DNA of 64,000 bases, taken from the NCBI GenBank assembly GCA_026026165.1, contig JAPEUD010000024.1:62001-126000 (forward strand), read 5' to 3'. This document shows positions 51,376 through 63,402 of this stretch, piece by piece. The stretch comes from Sarea resinae. Its lineage: Eukaryota. Every line of letters begins with the position of its first letter. Positions within the stretch are counted from its first letter, which is position 1. The position numbers and the translations under genes are program-made. Under the pieces are notes generated by a model. The model saw nothing but the letters and a program-made list of their open reading frames with translations, searched no databases and was not told the origin of the DNA.

Positions 51376-51486
51376 GGTGTTGGTGAGGTTAAAGAGGAAG
51401 ACGAAGAAGAGGTGATTAAAACATCCAAGACAAAACCATCGACCCCACATACGCACGCACGCCCGCACGCCCGCACGCCACACACG

Positions 51487-54177
51487 CTACCGCCATCGAG
51501 GCTTGCCCTGCCCAGCCTGAGGTTGCGCAGAAACCTGTCTGCTAATCCTCCTGGCAGCTACCGAACCCGCCCCACCAGCCCCACCCCCACTAGACCCCGG
51601 ATCCAAAAAGGGACTCCGACTGTTGGCGCGCGCCGAGCTGGGCGACGGAGTCGACGACGGCAGGTGCGAGCTCGACGTGCGATTCTTGAGCCGGGCGTTC
51701 TTCTGCAGCTGCGGCGAGAAGCGCGCGGGCGAGGGCGACACCTCTCGGGAGCTGGCGGCCGCCTTCGCGGTCGAGAGCCGCACCGTGCTGCGGTTGCTCT
51801 TCGAGGTTGTCGTCGTCGTTGCTGTCGTATCGGTCGATGTTGGTGGGAGAGACGAGGACGAGGGCGGCGAGGGCGAAGACGAGCGTTCGCGGCGAAGGGG
51901 ACTGGGGACGGGGATCGACGAGTACGACGATGCCGATCGGGGTGTCGTCTTGAGTGCACCGCTATTAGGGGCCGAAGAGCGGCGGTTGTTGGGAGACGGA
52001 GTGGCGAGGTTGGCGGAGGACGGCTTGAAGTGGTGGCCGATGACAAGGTCATGAGTGTTGGTGCTCGAGTTCCAGCGCGGCTTATGACGGTTATCGTCCG
52101 AGCTGCCGGACGTGGCCAGCGAGGGCCGTTGTTGGGACCGAGAGATGGTGGTTGCGGCAGAATTGGAGCTGTTGCGCCGATTCGAAGATGGAGATGCACC
52201 GTCGCCCACCAGACTTCCAGATCTTGGAGTTGGCGTTTTCCGCGGCAGGTTGCTCGAACCGATTGAGCCGGGCGGCATGCTGTAATATCTCCTGTCGGTG
52301 CTTCCCCGCGGCAGGGGGCTCTCGCTCCCGGGCCGGGGGCTGCCTATCACACCGGGGGTTCCAGGAATGACGTGTGTGCTTTTGGCACCCGTCAAGACGA
52401 TCGATGATGCCGGAGAGCTGTCGGGCGTGTCGACGGAACTGCCCCTGGCGGACCGATCCATCGAGATGATGGTGGATATCGATTCTCGCAGTTCTTGATT
52501 CTTGTTCCCCTGGATCTCTTCGAGCGTGCCATCTAGATCCTTCATGTCGGCTTCTAGAGCCTTGGACCTCGCACCCATGTCGGCATGCAGCGTCAGAATC
52601 TCTCCATGAACCGTGAGCCGGTCTTTGATTCCCTTTTCGATGATGGCGAGTACGCGCTGAATGGCTGGGCCATAATGCATCTTCTTTGCCTCGTAGCTCT
52701 CCACCTTCTGCGCCAGTGCTGGCGGATTGCTATGCTGAAGGCCAGCATCGATGGCTTCCCGGAGCTTCGTGATGCTTCGTGCGACAGAATCGCACATCTT
52801 TTGAGCCTGCCTACCCGCGTTCCTGAAAACAAGGAGCCAACGGTCTTCTCCCAGTTCTCGTCTCAGCGCGTCGGCGTTTCCGTTGAGCTTCTGCCATTTC
52901 TCCTCCAATTCGTTACGTCGAATCTCTAGTTCCTCGCACGCCGTCGGAAAGACCCTCTCTCCTCGAGCTTGGAAACCAGATAGCCTCATAGGCAAAAAGT
53001 CCAGAGAGGCTCGGAGTGGCTGCATCCTGGCAAAGAGTGCCAATAGACTAGAATCGTCTTGACCTAGCGGCGGACCGGCCGCTTGAGCCGTCGAGCCCGT
53101 TGCGAATGCTGGTAGACTGAAGCGGTTGTTCGTCGCAGTTCTGCTTCGGATTGTAGGAGTCTCCTCCACAATAGTCTCAAGTTCTCCTATATCTATGCCT
53201 CCACTTGGCTCTCCTCCCCGGTCTCCAGAAATGCTCCTGTGCCTTCGCTCCTCCATCTCGAATATCAGTTTGCTTAGAGCGTCCATCTCCATCTCGATTT
53301 CCCCTAGCACACTACTCCATAGCTCTTCCCATTCCATGGCCAGTTCCACTTGCTGCTTTACACCGGTCAGCAATCGCCGGACCCCGTCCCATTCTCTCAG
53401 CGTCTTGTCCATCTGGCCCACAACGGATTTAAGCTCGGCGTTCGGCACGCTGGAAATGTCCTTTCGCGATTGAAGCTCCTCAATGGCTCCGACATAGACC
53501 CCAATGAGGTCTTCGAATCTGGCAACGGCATTGTCAACCTCTCCCAATCCTTCCCTCCCTCCTGCCGCGGCCCATTCCACATCATCTTCCGAGTCAAGGC
53601 CGCTCAAGACCTCGGACGCTTTCGATATCCATTTCCGGATTTGTTCGGCCGCGGCAATCAGAGCTCTAGCCGCTGCTGGAGAGGTCGGGATCGCCGTTAT
53701 GCTGGTTGATAGTGATGATGCTTGCGGGAGCTGGAGAGAGGTGAGCTGCGAGAGCTGGCTTGATAATGACGCGCGCGAGAGAGAATAGACCGAATTCGTC
53801 CGTTGCAGTCCAAATGGATTAAAATACGACTGCGAATCCTTTGAGTATCCCCCTGGAGCTGCGCATGCATTCGCATCGTCGGAAGAACCTGTGAAGGGCG
53901 ACTCCTTGGACAAGAAATTGGAGAATGGCGTCTCGTCGTCTCCAGCGTCTTGTCCTCGAGACTCGATACGAAGGTCGGATACCGCCTGCTCTAGGTCTGG
54001 TATTTGGTTCGTATTTCTGTTCGCCATCGGACTCTCACATTCACTACTTTCTGTCTCGGAAGCCATGATGCCGTCTGCTGAACTTGCGGTGTAAGATCGA
54101 TCGTCCATGTCCCTATCTCCACGATCGCTGATGTCTCGTCCCCAGGTCTCAGATAGATGGCTAGCCGTAATTGCCAT
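51487..54177 (-). CDS. KAR9: Karyogamy protein KAR9 family (MigA-like)
   Basis: DDVEWAAAGGREGL, AMEWEELW, LFARMQPLRASLDFLPMRL, LRRELGEDRW..FRNAGRQA, Ser/Pro/Arg-rich tail ending KPRWR. First ATG at 54177; upstream exons not excluded. Confidence 0.87.
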   Translation of the reverse strand: MAITASHLSETWGRDISDRGDRDMDDRSYTASSADGIMASETESSECESPMANRNTNQIPDLEQAVSDLRIESRGQDAGDDETPFSNFLSKESPFTGSSDDANACAAPGGYSKDSQSYFNPFGLQRTNSVYSLSRASLSSQLSQLTSLQLPQASSLSTSITAIPTSPAAARALIAAAEQIRKWISKASEVLSGLDSEDDVEWAAAGGREGLGEVDNAVARFEDLIGVYVGAIEELQSRKDISSVPNAELKSVVGQMDKTLREWDGVRRLLTGVKQQVELAMEWEELWSSVLGEIEMEMDALSKLIFEMEERRHRSISGDRGGEPSGGIDIGELETIVEETPTIRSRTATNNRFSLPAFATGSTAQAAGPPLGQDDSSLLALFARMQPLRASLDFLPMRLSGFQARGERVFPTACEELEIRRNELEEKWQKLNGNADALRRELGEDRWLLVFRNAGRQAQKMCDSVARSITKLREAIDAGLQHSNPPALAQKVESYEAKKMHYGPAIQRVLAIIEKGIKDRLTVHGEILTLHADMGARSKALEADMKDLDGTLEEIQGNKNQELRESISTIISMDRSARGSSVDTPDSSPASSIVLTGAKSTHVIPGTPGVIGSPRPGSESPLPRGSTDRRYYSMPPGSIGSSNLPRKTPTPRSGSLVGDGASPSSNRRNSSNSAATTISRSQQRPSLATSGSSDDNRHKPRWNSSTNTHDLVIGHHFKPSSANLATPSPNNRRSSAPNSGALKTTPRSASSYSSIPVPSPLRRERSSSPSPPSSSSLPPTSTDTTATTTTTSKSNRSTVRLSTAKAAASSREVSPSPARFSPQLQKNARLKNRTSSSHLPSSTPSPSSARANSRSPFLDPGSSGGGAGGAGSVAARRISRQVSAQPQAGQGKPRWR

Positions 54178-55518
54178 CTTACACTCCTCCGCGCGCCCTC
54201 TCCCGGCTCGCCGGCCTTGCTCCAAGCCCGGCCGCAACTAGTCGCGCCTTATTTGACGGGCGAAGTTGCTTGACGACGTTACGCTTGAGGGGATGTGATG
54301 CTAGAGGTATGGACTGTTCCGCTCGGGCTGATGCAGGCGGATACCTGAAAGGGCTGTTTCAAGGTTCCACAAGATGGCCAATGTCGAGAGGTGTGGCTCA
54401 GAGTAGCTATCAGTGTGACTAGTGAGTCTGTGGTCCCTGAGGGCGGAAGCAAGCCGATCTGGAAAGATGAATTGGCATTACCTTGACAACAGATGAGAGA
54501 AACTCGTAGTGCGCGTGCAGGGTTGTCGTCCTCGTGAAGCCCCTCTCTAGGCGGATTTGAGATGTTGCGATGATAGATAGCTGAGCGACCTGGTCGAGCT
54601 GCGCTCGGTGTTGACGTTGCGTGAGAGTGGGCCGTTGGCGACGCGGACTGGAGTTTAGGAGCTTGGGAGTTCAGGAGGTTGTCGTTCCACACGCGTCGTA
54701 CCGAATCACAGTGGTCCTTCTCGAGTCCCTGAAGATTCACTAGATAGCCTAGATATAGATGAGGGCGAAGATGAAGTGCACAGGTATTTGCAGCAGATTG
54801 AAAGGGTAGATCACGGTGATCGTATATGATCGGGGGGGCCGAGAGCCATCTGCCATGGTCGGAAATTCGATCAGGGTCTCTCGCCTCTCGCCTCTCTCGC
54901 CTCGCCCGACCTTAGAGTGACAGCTCTACAGCGTAGTGCGCATCGTAGGCACATGGTCACGACCACTGACTACCACCGTATGTATGCTAGACGCAGGGGG
55001 TGAAGCATGAGAATGGATGAGCTTCATCTAATCTACTATCAATTCTCATTTTCTCTCTGTCACGAACAAATGAGCAATCGCCGAAAAGTGCGTGCGAAGA
55101 TATCGACGATTCGAGGCCGGTGTTGTGTTGTTATTGTTGCTGTTGTGCCACGTCAAGTGTCACAAAGACATGGATCTTACCATTTCGAGTCCCTTACGAA
55201 TAGATGGGCTGCATGCGCCTCCGATTTGGCAATTCGTCGAGGACAACGACCTCCTTACGGGTACAGTTTTCACGGTCACACCTGAAGCTTCCTTCTTCGT
55301 CCATTTTACAATTTCGTGTTTCATTACAGACCACTAGAGAGCCATGTGCCATTCCAGCTCGACCGACTATCATCATAGCAACAACACATCTAAAGCTCAA
55401 GGGTATCTCCTCAAAATCCCAGCCAGTTGAACCTCTTACCTACCAGTGTGCTCTTCATATCTGTGGTCAATCTGTCGTTCAGGCCGTCATTGCGTTCAAA
55501 AATCGTAATCATATCTCA

Positions 55519-57189
55519 TCAGACAGAGTCATTTCTGTCAGGCTCCTCCTCTTGTATGAACAGAGTGGGCAGTCTGATAGTAGGCCGCCGTGTCTTGGTT
55601 GTCCATTCTCTTGTCAATTCCTCCCTCACACCCGTACACCATCTGAAGATGGCTGCCTCGAAAGCTTTCCATGCTTCGTCGCTCTCACCATGCACTATTT
55701 CCATAACATCAACCTTCAACTGAATTTCCCATCGGATCTCGGCTGCTTTGATCCAGAACCTAAGGTTCTCTGCGCAACGGTATGGTTTGGCCGTATCCGT
55801 GTGGAAAGCTTTGATCTTCCCGAACGGCCTCTTCGACTTTCGCACGAATTCGTTGTGCAAGTTGACAAGTCGCACGCCATTTTGCAGCGATGCCAGAAAA
55901 GGTGTTGGAAGAGAAGTAGCCTCGGCAGTTGGAGTCCAACGCGGAAGCACATCATCACTCTTGTCAAGCGATTGCATAAAGAGGAATTCACGTTCCATCT
56001 CCCGACCAGTCCAATCGCCACTAAGCCACTCCCAGCTTTCTCGTTCTTTGATTTCCTGCTTCTCTTTCTCTTCGTCTTGAAGGAGGAGGGCTTCCACCTC
56101 AGTTGCCCACTGATCAATGGCGTCCCGCTCATGAGCCTTCATTCCACCTTCGAAATTCCGGGTTGCCATCCGCTTCAAAACATCGAGCACTGTCAGCAGC
56201 TCCTCGCGAATCCGACGCTCCGATTTGATCGCCAGTAAACGCGCGGGCTCTTCATGTGCAGTGTAATACAACTTCGCGGCGCGAATCGCCAAGGTAACGA
56301 CATCGAGAATATGCATGCCTTCGATTTCATACCATCCTTGGGTCTTGGGAGATTCGGTTCCTTGACGTGGAAGCGCTTCAGCAATGCTTGCCTCGGACGC
56401 GCTACTCGGTCCACTATCCTGGCTATCTTGTCCCTTTCGCCTGTCCAACTCAACATCATTCTTCTGTCCCTTCGCTTGGAGCGCCTTCCGTGCAGTCACA
56501 AGCGCTTCTCTTAGATCCCTCCTTAGGTCTTCTACTTTGGGAGGTGGTGGCACATATTTGGTTCGATAGTTGTAGGTGCTGACTGTAGGAGGCAACATGA
56601 TCGGCTCCTGCTCGTCCCAATCGCCTTGCTCGGAATCCTGCTCTTCTACTGGACTCTCCACAATGCCTTCTTCCGAACGTACATCCTGATATGGCAGGAG
56701 GAAATCAGGCGTTGAACGAATGGAAGGGTATTTAGATTCGTCTGCAGAAGAGGCAAAGAGACCAGTGGAGATGAATGCTGGTGAGAGTGGAGATGGGATC
56801 TCTGAGCTGCCGTCTCGGGACTTTTCCTGAGACTTTGCAAGTTGTGCACCCTTGCCGTCCAACAATCCCGTGCGAGCGAAGTAGTATTGCAGATGTGCAA
56901 TGCTTCCCAAACTCATGACACTCTCCCTATTCTTTGCCGATTCAGAGAAAGATGTAGCCTGGGGTCGTACATATCCTCGTCGGCGGCCTCCCAAGGTCTC
57001 GGAAGATCGGGAACTGGCAGAGCGGCCAGAGAAGGTGGAAACCGAGGAAGCCGTCGAGACGGACCGCTCGAGATATGGACAAGCGGAAATAGCCGGCGTG
57101 GGCGAAGCTGATGGCGACGGCGATAACGAGCGTATCTCGAGTTGCATTGCCGGTGTCGTCGCCCGGGAAGCGTCTTCCGTGTCTGCCAT
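55519..57189 (-). CDS. Conserved fungal hypothetical protein with a C-terminal calponin-homology-like segment
   Basis: 556-aa intronless ORF; RESVMSLGSIAHLQYYFARTGLLDG; FLASLQNGVRLVNLHN...YRCAENLRFWIKAA resembles CH-domain helices. Confidence 0.82.
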   Translation of the reverse strand: MADTEDASRATTPAMQLEIRSLSPSPSASPTPAISACPYLERSVSTASSVSTFSGRSASSRSSETLGGRRRGYVRPQATSFSESAKNRESVMSLGSIAHLQYYFARTGLLDGKGAQLAKSQEKSRDGSSEIPSPLSPAFISTGLFASSADESKYPSIRSTPDFLLPYQDVRSEEGIVESPVEEQDSEQGDWDEQEPIMLPPTVSTYNYRTKYVPPPPKVEDLRRDLREALVTARKALQAKGQKNDVELDRRKGQDSQDSGPSSASEASIAEALPRQGTESPKTQGWYEIEGMHILDVVTLAIRAAKLYYTAHEEPARLLAIKSERRIREELLTVLDVLKRMATRNFEGGMKAHERDAIDQWATEVEALLLQDEEKEKQEIKERESWEWLSGDWTGREMEREFLFMQSLDKSDDVLPRWTPTAEATSLPTPFLASLQNGVRLVNLHNEFVRKSKRPFGKIKAFHTDTAKPYRCAENLRFWIKAAEIRWEIQLKVDVMEIVHGESDEAWKAFEAAIFRWCTGVREELTREWTTKTRRPTIRLPTLFIQEEEPDRNDSV

Positions 57190-58303
57190 GTTGGCTCGCG
57201 TGTCCTCTGGCTGAAGACGTGTCGTTTGTAGCGTTTCCGATGGTTAGTTGGACCGGAGGCTGGCGATGATAGCCATCCGCAAGGACCAGCAGCGATAAGA
57301 GCTGCGATGCTCAGCAGTCTCGTCTCTCTCTCGCTCTCGGGGTCGCTTTATGGCTGGAGTACGAAGGAGACGGAAATCGATCACTCATATCCCGGCTGCT
57401 CGGACCACAGATTGATGTCGGTTGGTTTGGTCAACGGATGAGGGTGCTATGTATGAAGTATGCTCCTTTTCAGGGGTGATACAATTGCACACCGAATTTG
57501 GCACCATCTTTGGTTGGGCGCCCTTGTGGTTGGCTGGTGTTGCTGCTGCTGCAGGGGATCGATCATCGGTCGGCGGGAAAACAACACGAGAGGGCTGGAA
57601 GGAAATGAGGTGACAGGAGAGTACACGATCACGCACCTTTCCTTGACCCGGCATTGATGTACTTTTAGGTAGCCGAGTCCCTCCTGCGCAGTACACGCGC
57701 GCGCGTCAACAGCCCTGTCCAAGAAGTCTCTGTCCCTGACCAGCTCAAACATAGGAGAAAAGTAGAGCAGAGTAGATGAGAGTAGAAACAGTTGAGTCAA
57801 TACTGCCTAAGGTAGGCACCTACCTGGACAACCTGGAAGGCATAGAGGAATATCGACTATCGAGATTCTACTCCAGACTGCGCCATCCGTTCATCGGATC
57901 AACAGAGGAGAAATTCCCTTAACCGCATGCAAGGAACGCACTTCGAAGACTGAGTACTCTGTAGTTGAAGTACTTCTGTACATAGTAGTCTCTGATGTAC
58001 GAAGAACACATCAATCGATAAGGTACCTGTACCTTGGGCGCCTTATTGTGCTTTCTCCTATTCGAGGCTGAAGCAAGGTACAAGGACGCAAGGCTCGTTC
58101 GCCCTCTCTGGCCGCGATCGATGGCCCGGATCCAGACATGTACTCGAGTAGAGTATTGCAGTATGAGTACCTTAGGTACGCCGCCAGTAGTCAGCATTGC
58201 ATCACTCTTGGAGCCTGGCCTCATATTCACGAGTCTATCCGCGAGCCAATGCTCGGACACATAGTCCTGCGGATAGATCGAAACACATCAAAATCGAGGC
58301 AAG

Positions 58304-58845
58304 ATGTCTTCCAGAGTATGCTCCCAGCTCCCCAGATGGCGTGTGAACGTAAGGACTAATTCTACAGATCGGATTCACGGTGCACGGCCAAGTCATCGGT
58401 ATGATCGCCACTCCTTATCGATAAGCTCCCTCTTGCCTGGCCATCAGCTTAACTTACCTATTCCCTTCCGTGCAGGCGTCAATTTCCGGTAAGCTATCCC
58501 AACTAAAGCTTGAGTACCAATTGCCTCGGCGTGAGCATTGACAATTCTGCAGGAGCTTCACGACCAGAAAGGCCAAGGAGCTCGGCGTGACTGGTTGGGT
58601 GCAGAATACGGACGACGGCAAGGTATGTCTTGATGACTGCGTTTTGGCTGTGCATCTACCCATTCGAGGAAGGTCAAAGACTCAATCTGTAATTGTAGGT
58701 AGCAGGCCAAGCTCAAGGCGACGAGACCGCCCTGGACAGCTTCGTCAAGGCCATCAACAATGGTCCGCCCGCAGCTCATGTGGTGAAGGTAGAGAAGGAA
58801 GAGCAAGATGTGGTCAGCGGCGAAAGCAGCTTCGTGACCAAGTAG
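58304..58845 (+). CDS. Acylphosphatase, 90 aa; exons 58304-58315, 58368-58398, 58476-58488, 58553-58622, 58699-58845
   Basis: Spliced product MSSRIGFTVHGQVIGVNFRSFTTRKAKELGVTGWVQNTDDGKVAGQAQG...NGPPAAHVVKVE...SFVTK; four GT-AG introns, 273 nt total. Confidence 0.9.
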
Positions 58846-60452
58846 ATCTTCCAACCTTTCATCAGGCATGGCTTTAGGCGTAAACGCCTGGGTGTCAAGG
58901 CTATTCTGGGAGGCAAAATCGACAAGAAGGATGGATGGATGAAGGGAGGAAGCTTAGGGTCTTATGACTCAGCGGCACCTGCGGCACGAAAGAAGATGAC
59001 TTTCCTACCTTCGGTAGCACTCTGTAGTCAAGATTACCCACATTATTATGGACTTCTTCATTGTCGCATCGAGAGGCGTCCTTCGAGAGTAAATGAGCAA
59101 GGGAATTTTTGTAACGATGATAGCTAGTATCCGAGCCATCTTCCATTCTCCTTGGTTGTCCAAAGTCCGCCTTGCCGCGAGATCCGAGCCGACTCGGCAG
59201 ATAGATTCGCCCAGAACGCCCGTGGCATTCCGGTAGGGAGCAATACTCGAGTAGATGGCTGTCCATGACATCTACATGCTCCGCTGTCCATAATAGACTG
59301 TATGAGAGACATGAAACAGCGTGAAAGCCTACTTCGTCATTCGCTACGAACCATTCCGTCGGGATGGATGCTTTCATACCGCCTCTTGCATGGCAAACCT
59401 AGGCATATTCGCCAACGACACCGGAGAGCGTGTTGGCGACGACATCAGCCACAGCTGAGAAACACCGCACGCATTACGAGTAACGGGGCGCACAAGACCA
59501 GAAAGCCGAGAAGAGAATCCTATCGGATCTGAAACTCGATCCAACATCTAGGAATTATAACAAAGGACCAAGTGAGCAATTTTCTGCAATGGGGCAGATG
59601 ACCTCTGGAGACGAAGAGGATTCGCTTGCGATCCCGAATGCCGCCGACAGCCAACGGGCACTTCGCCACAAGGAGCGCTGGGTTGGCGACTCCTACGTCC
59701 ACGTGCTCTGGAAGCGGATATGCCCCCATGAAGATTATACTATAGTAGACATACATTGTCGTTACCGACGGCTCATCGTAGATCAAAGACGAGAGCCATT
59801 AGTAAGGACTCCCTTATTGATTTGTTTGCTCGGCCATGATTCATGGGTGTGGAAAGCGCGTTTCCCCAAAGATTCATCTTCTAGATCTTCCAGACCTCGT
59901 CTCTTTACTAGTGCGACTATACCATAGTGCCTCAGGGCAGTACAGCATCCGGATCGACACGAGCGATGTGCCGGAGTGGAAGTGTATGGGGCACGGGGAA
60001 GCCGCTCGTATCGCGGCACCGACGCATCGGTTCCATTGTGTAGAGTAAAACTGCTTTTTACTTACTCCGCCTTAGCACACTGCCGTCAGCGTCAATAATC
60101 CGGCTGGACTCTTCAGCCCTTGAGGCACACGTAGTCGGCCCGCGACCCTGAAATTGCCTACAGGTCGGGTCTGAACCCGATCTTGGATCTGACTCGCATT
60201 GACGCATAGGATATGATGTATGGGTGAATTGCTTTGACAGAGGGAGGCGACAAAATGATATATAGCCAGCAGATTCTGTTGTTTGTTGTCTTCGTTGTTT
60301 GACATAGATCTGTGAAGATAATAAAGCAAAACAACCAAGCCGACGAACTCAATTCAGTATTCCATATTTTCCTTCTCTTTCAATCAGACACCACCAAAGT
60401 GAAATAAACTGGTTGAAGCCTCCTTTAACCACTCATCTCACCCACAGTGAAG

Positions 60453-61640
60453 ATGTCTTCTCGGGCCTTGACGTCCAAGCAGGCTGCCGTTCACGTCTCC
60501 CAGGTCGCCTCAGCTTATGGGTCTTCTATCGGCTTGAGGTCTACGGGGAGCTCAGCTTTGAGAACAGCCACCTGCGTTGCTCACAGAAATGGCCTGTCAT
60601 CAAGAAGAGAATTCTCGTCGACCTCGAAGACACAATTGAAAGAGTTTTTTCCTCCAACAAAAGATGCTCCCCACATTCGAAATCTGCCACCAGGCTGGCC
60701 ACATCCTGTGTGAGTGATCTGCCAAGAACTTAGTCAACAAGACCGCTGATACTGGAGCAGATACACAGGGCAACAGATGGAGGACATCAAAGTTGCACAC
60801 AGGAACGCAAAGACATGGTCCGACTGGGTGGCGCTCGGTACCGTGCGAACCCTGAGGTGGGGCACAGATCTCTTCACAGGCTATCGCCACAGCGAAGCCC
60901 TAGGTCAAGGGAAAATAGACGCCAAAGACATCAGACAGCCAAGCAGATTCGACATGAATGAACGGAAGTGGCTGATCAGATTCATCTTTTTGGAGAGCGT
61001 GGCAGGTGTGCCAGGTATGGTTGGCGGGATGCTGAGGCACCTGCGCAGTCTGAGATTGATGAAGAGAGACAACGGCTGGTAAGTGTCTGGCGTTGCGGTA
61101 GAGGTAAGACCGAGACTAATTGACCATAGGATCGAGACTCTGTTGGAAGAGGCATATAACGAGAGGATGCATCTCCTAACATTCCTCAAGATGGCCGAGC
61201 CTGGGTGGTTCATGCGCTTAATGGTCCTCGGCGCCCAAGGTGTTTTCTTCAACGGCATGTTCATCTCTTACCTGATATCGCCTCGCACGTGCCATCGATT
61301 CGTCGGCTACCTCGAGGAGGAAGCCGTCATCACGTACTCGCGGGCGATCCAGGACATCGAAGCCGGGAGGTTGCCAAGTTGGCAGAAGCTTGAAGCTCCA
61401 GAAATCGCCGTCAAGTACTGGAACATGCCCGAGGATCACCGCACGATCAGAGATCTGCTTCTCTACGTCCGGGCCGACGAAGCAAAGCATCGGGAGGTCA
61501 ACCATACACTTTCTAACCTCGACCCGAAGAATGATCCCAATCCATTCGTCAGCGAGTACGTCGATCCAGAGAAGGAACATCCGACAAAAGGAATCGAGCA
61601 TCTGAAGCCAACGGGCTGGGAACGCAAGGATGTGCTTTGA
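60453..61640 (+). CDS. AOX1: Mitochondrial alternative oxidase; exons 60453-60709, 60761-61078, 61130-61640
   Basis: Presequence, [45 protein letters not shown] di-iron motifs. Confidence 0.97.
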
Positions 61641-62057
61641 TCTTCTGTAGTGTATGATGCTCGCTCAAGTGTAAATAGACGGACCATCTCCAAACGTGGG
61701 ATTTGAAAGAATGAACATGGCATTTAGCGGGTCTTCTATTTCATTCTCGAAAGTATTATAGAAGTTCGATTATCGGAGAGAACAGGGAGGGCCATTCCAG
61801 CTTGAGATGTCTCTGAGGAATCTCACGGCTCTGGAGTCAACATGATAGTGCAACTGTGATCTGATTGTGACCATGTATGGCTTGTGGTTGCCATTCGGTT
61901 TATGGCCCTGGCCAACAAGTGACCGATACGCTTACCGTGACGGAAGATGCCGGCCCTCCAGGTCCATGGTGTGGCCAGACCTCCAAAAGTGCTTTGCAAT
62001 TCATCCGTCTCCGCCACCATCACCACTACAACATCACCACATTACCACAGCATAATC

Positions 62058-63402
62058 ATGGACATGGACCTTTCCGAGACTGCTCCAACATCCGAACCTC
62101 TCTTCAGACCGACGAAGCGTCGAAAGTTCTACCGTAAGCGCGAGGAGGACAACGAAGATGGCGGCAATACCAGCGTCACAACCCTACGGACCACAGAACC
62201 TTCAATTGCGACACCACCCTCACAAGCCGATACTGAGGGATCAACCCAATCTACTGCAGGCGACCTCACGCACCTCTCGATGACCGATATTTTACGGCTT
62301 CGGAAGGCCGTCCGCAGCCGAAAAGGCGGCATCGAGTTCAGCGCTCGCAGCAACAATGTCGCTCGCGGCAATTCCCCCAGCGCTGGCCCTACATCCGACG
62401 CCCTTATCGAGCGAGAGCAAACCCCCGAGGAGATACAACCTGTTGTGAATCGGTTTGCGCCGCAGACGGGGCAAATCGCAGATGTGGACAAGCACATGTA
62501 AGAACCTCTTACCCTTATTTCTTGCCATTCGGTTTCGGTCACAGATCTGCGACATGATCCTCCGAAAGAATAGGAACTACATTCTCTTGGGTCTTAGACA
62601 CAGCTACTAACGCGCGAAAGGATGGCATATATAGACGCCGAACTAGCCAAACGTCGTGAAGGGCCTCCATCAGCCGATTCGCCCGCTATTTCCTCAGAGC
62701 AGGCGGCCGAGGCCGCCGCAGCGAGGGGCAGCGACGTACATCTGCATAGGCAGCCCGCTGCGCTCGGAAAGCTCCACGAGATCGACCTCGGTCCAGATGC
62801 GAAATTAAGGAATATCGCTCTGACAGAAGAGGCCCGGAAGCGACTCGAAGGCGGGGATGATGTCGCCGACACTCCCACCACCGATCGTGCGAGAAAGCCG
62901 CCTAAGCTAGGTAGAGACGGAAAGCCATGGAGGGGCCGCAAGCGACGGACGAGCGAGGACATCAAGCGTGATAAATTGGTCGAGGAGGTCCTGAAGGAAA
63001 CAAGACGTATGCCCTCCCTCCCCCAACCCCCCCACCCCTCCTTCCTCCCCCTCCACAATAATCAAACATAAAATCCTCCCAGCTAACCTAATCCACCCAG
63101 TCGACCTCTACGACCCGCCCGCCAACCCCCTCGATAACCCAGATCCAAACAACCCCGACGCAAGCCTCGACCCAGACCAAGCGGCCGACGACCGCATCGC
63201 CGAGCAATTCCGCCGCGAGTTCCTCGACGCCATCCAATCGCGCCGAAAACGCGCCTCGCGCGCCTCGAAGCCGGCCTCCTCGTCGTCCTTGGGCGCCCTG
63301 AAGAAGGACGATAAACCGCGCGGGCCGAAGCTGGGCGGTAGTAGGAGCGCGCGGGCGGCGATGCGTGAGAGGGAAATGGCTGAGAAGGGCGGGAAGCGGT
63401 GA
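62058..63402 (+). CDS. Hepatocellular carcinoma antigen 59 / C9orf78 / Tls1-like splicing factor, 3 exons
   Basis: LFRPTKRRK, RFAPQTG...DKHM|MAYIDAEL, GKLHEIDLG, RRTSEDIKRD.LVE, ADDRIAEQFRREF, GPKLGGSRSARAAM. Confidence 0.85.

Noticed and set aside
51025..51483. Poly-Ser and (HPL)n ORFs
   Set aside because: Translations of the GAGGATGAA repeat in the KAR9 3' region.
55204..56238. 344-aa plus-strand ORF
   Set aside because: Largely antisense to the conserved 556-aa gene; no recognisable features.
58846..60452. Additional gene or pseudogene between the acylphosphatase and AOX
   Set aside because: Short ORFs only; I could not build a frame-consistent spliced model or recognise any motif.
59900..60452. 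AOD2/AOD5-type CGG-N7-CGG induction motif upstream of AOX
   Set aside because: CGG/CCG triplets are present but none at 7-nt spacing by eye; only an inverted CGG-N8-CCG at 60166-60179.
31482..61640. Functional cluster of mitochondrial genes (MIC26, OCT1, MTM1, AOX)
   Set aside because: Interspersed with unrelated genes over 30 kb; compatible with chance.
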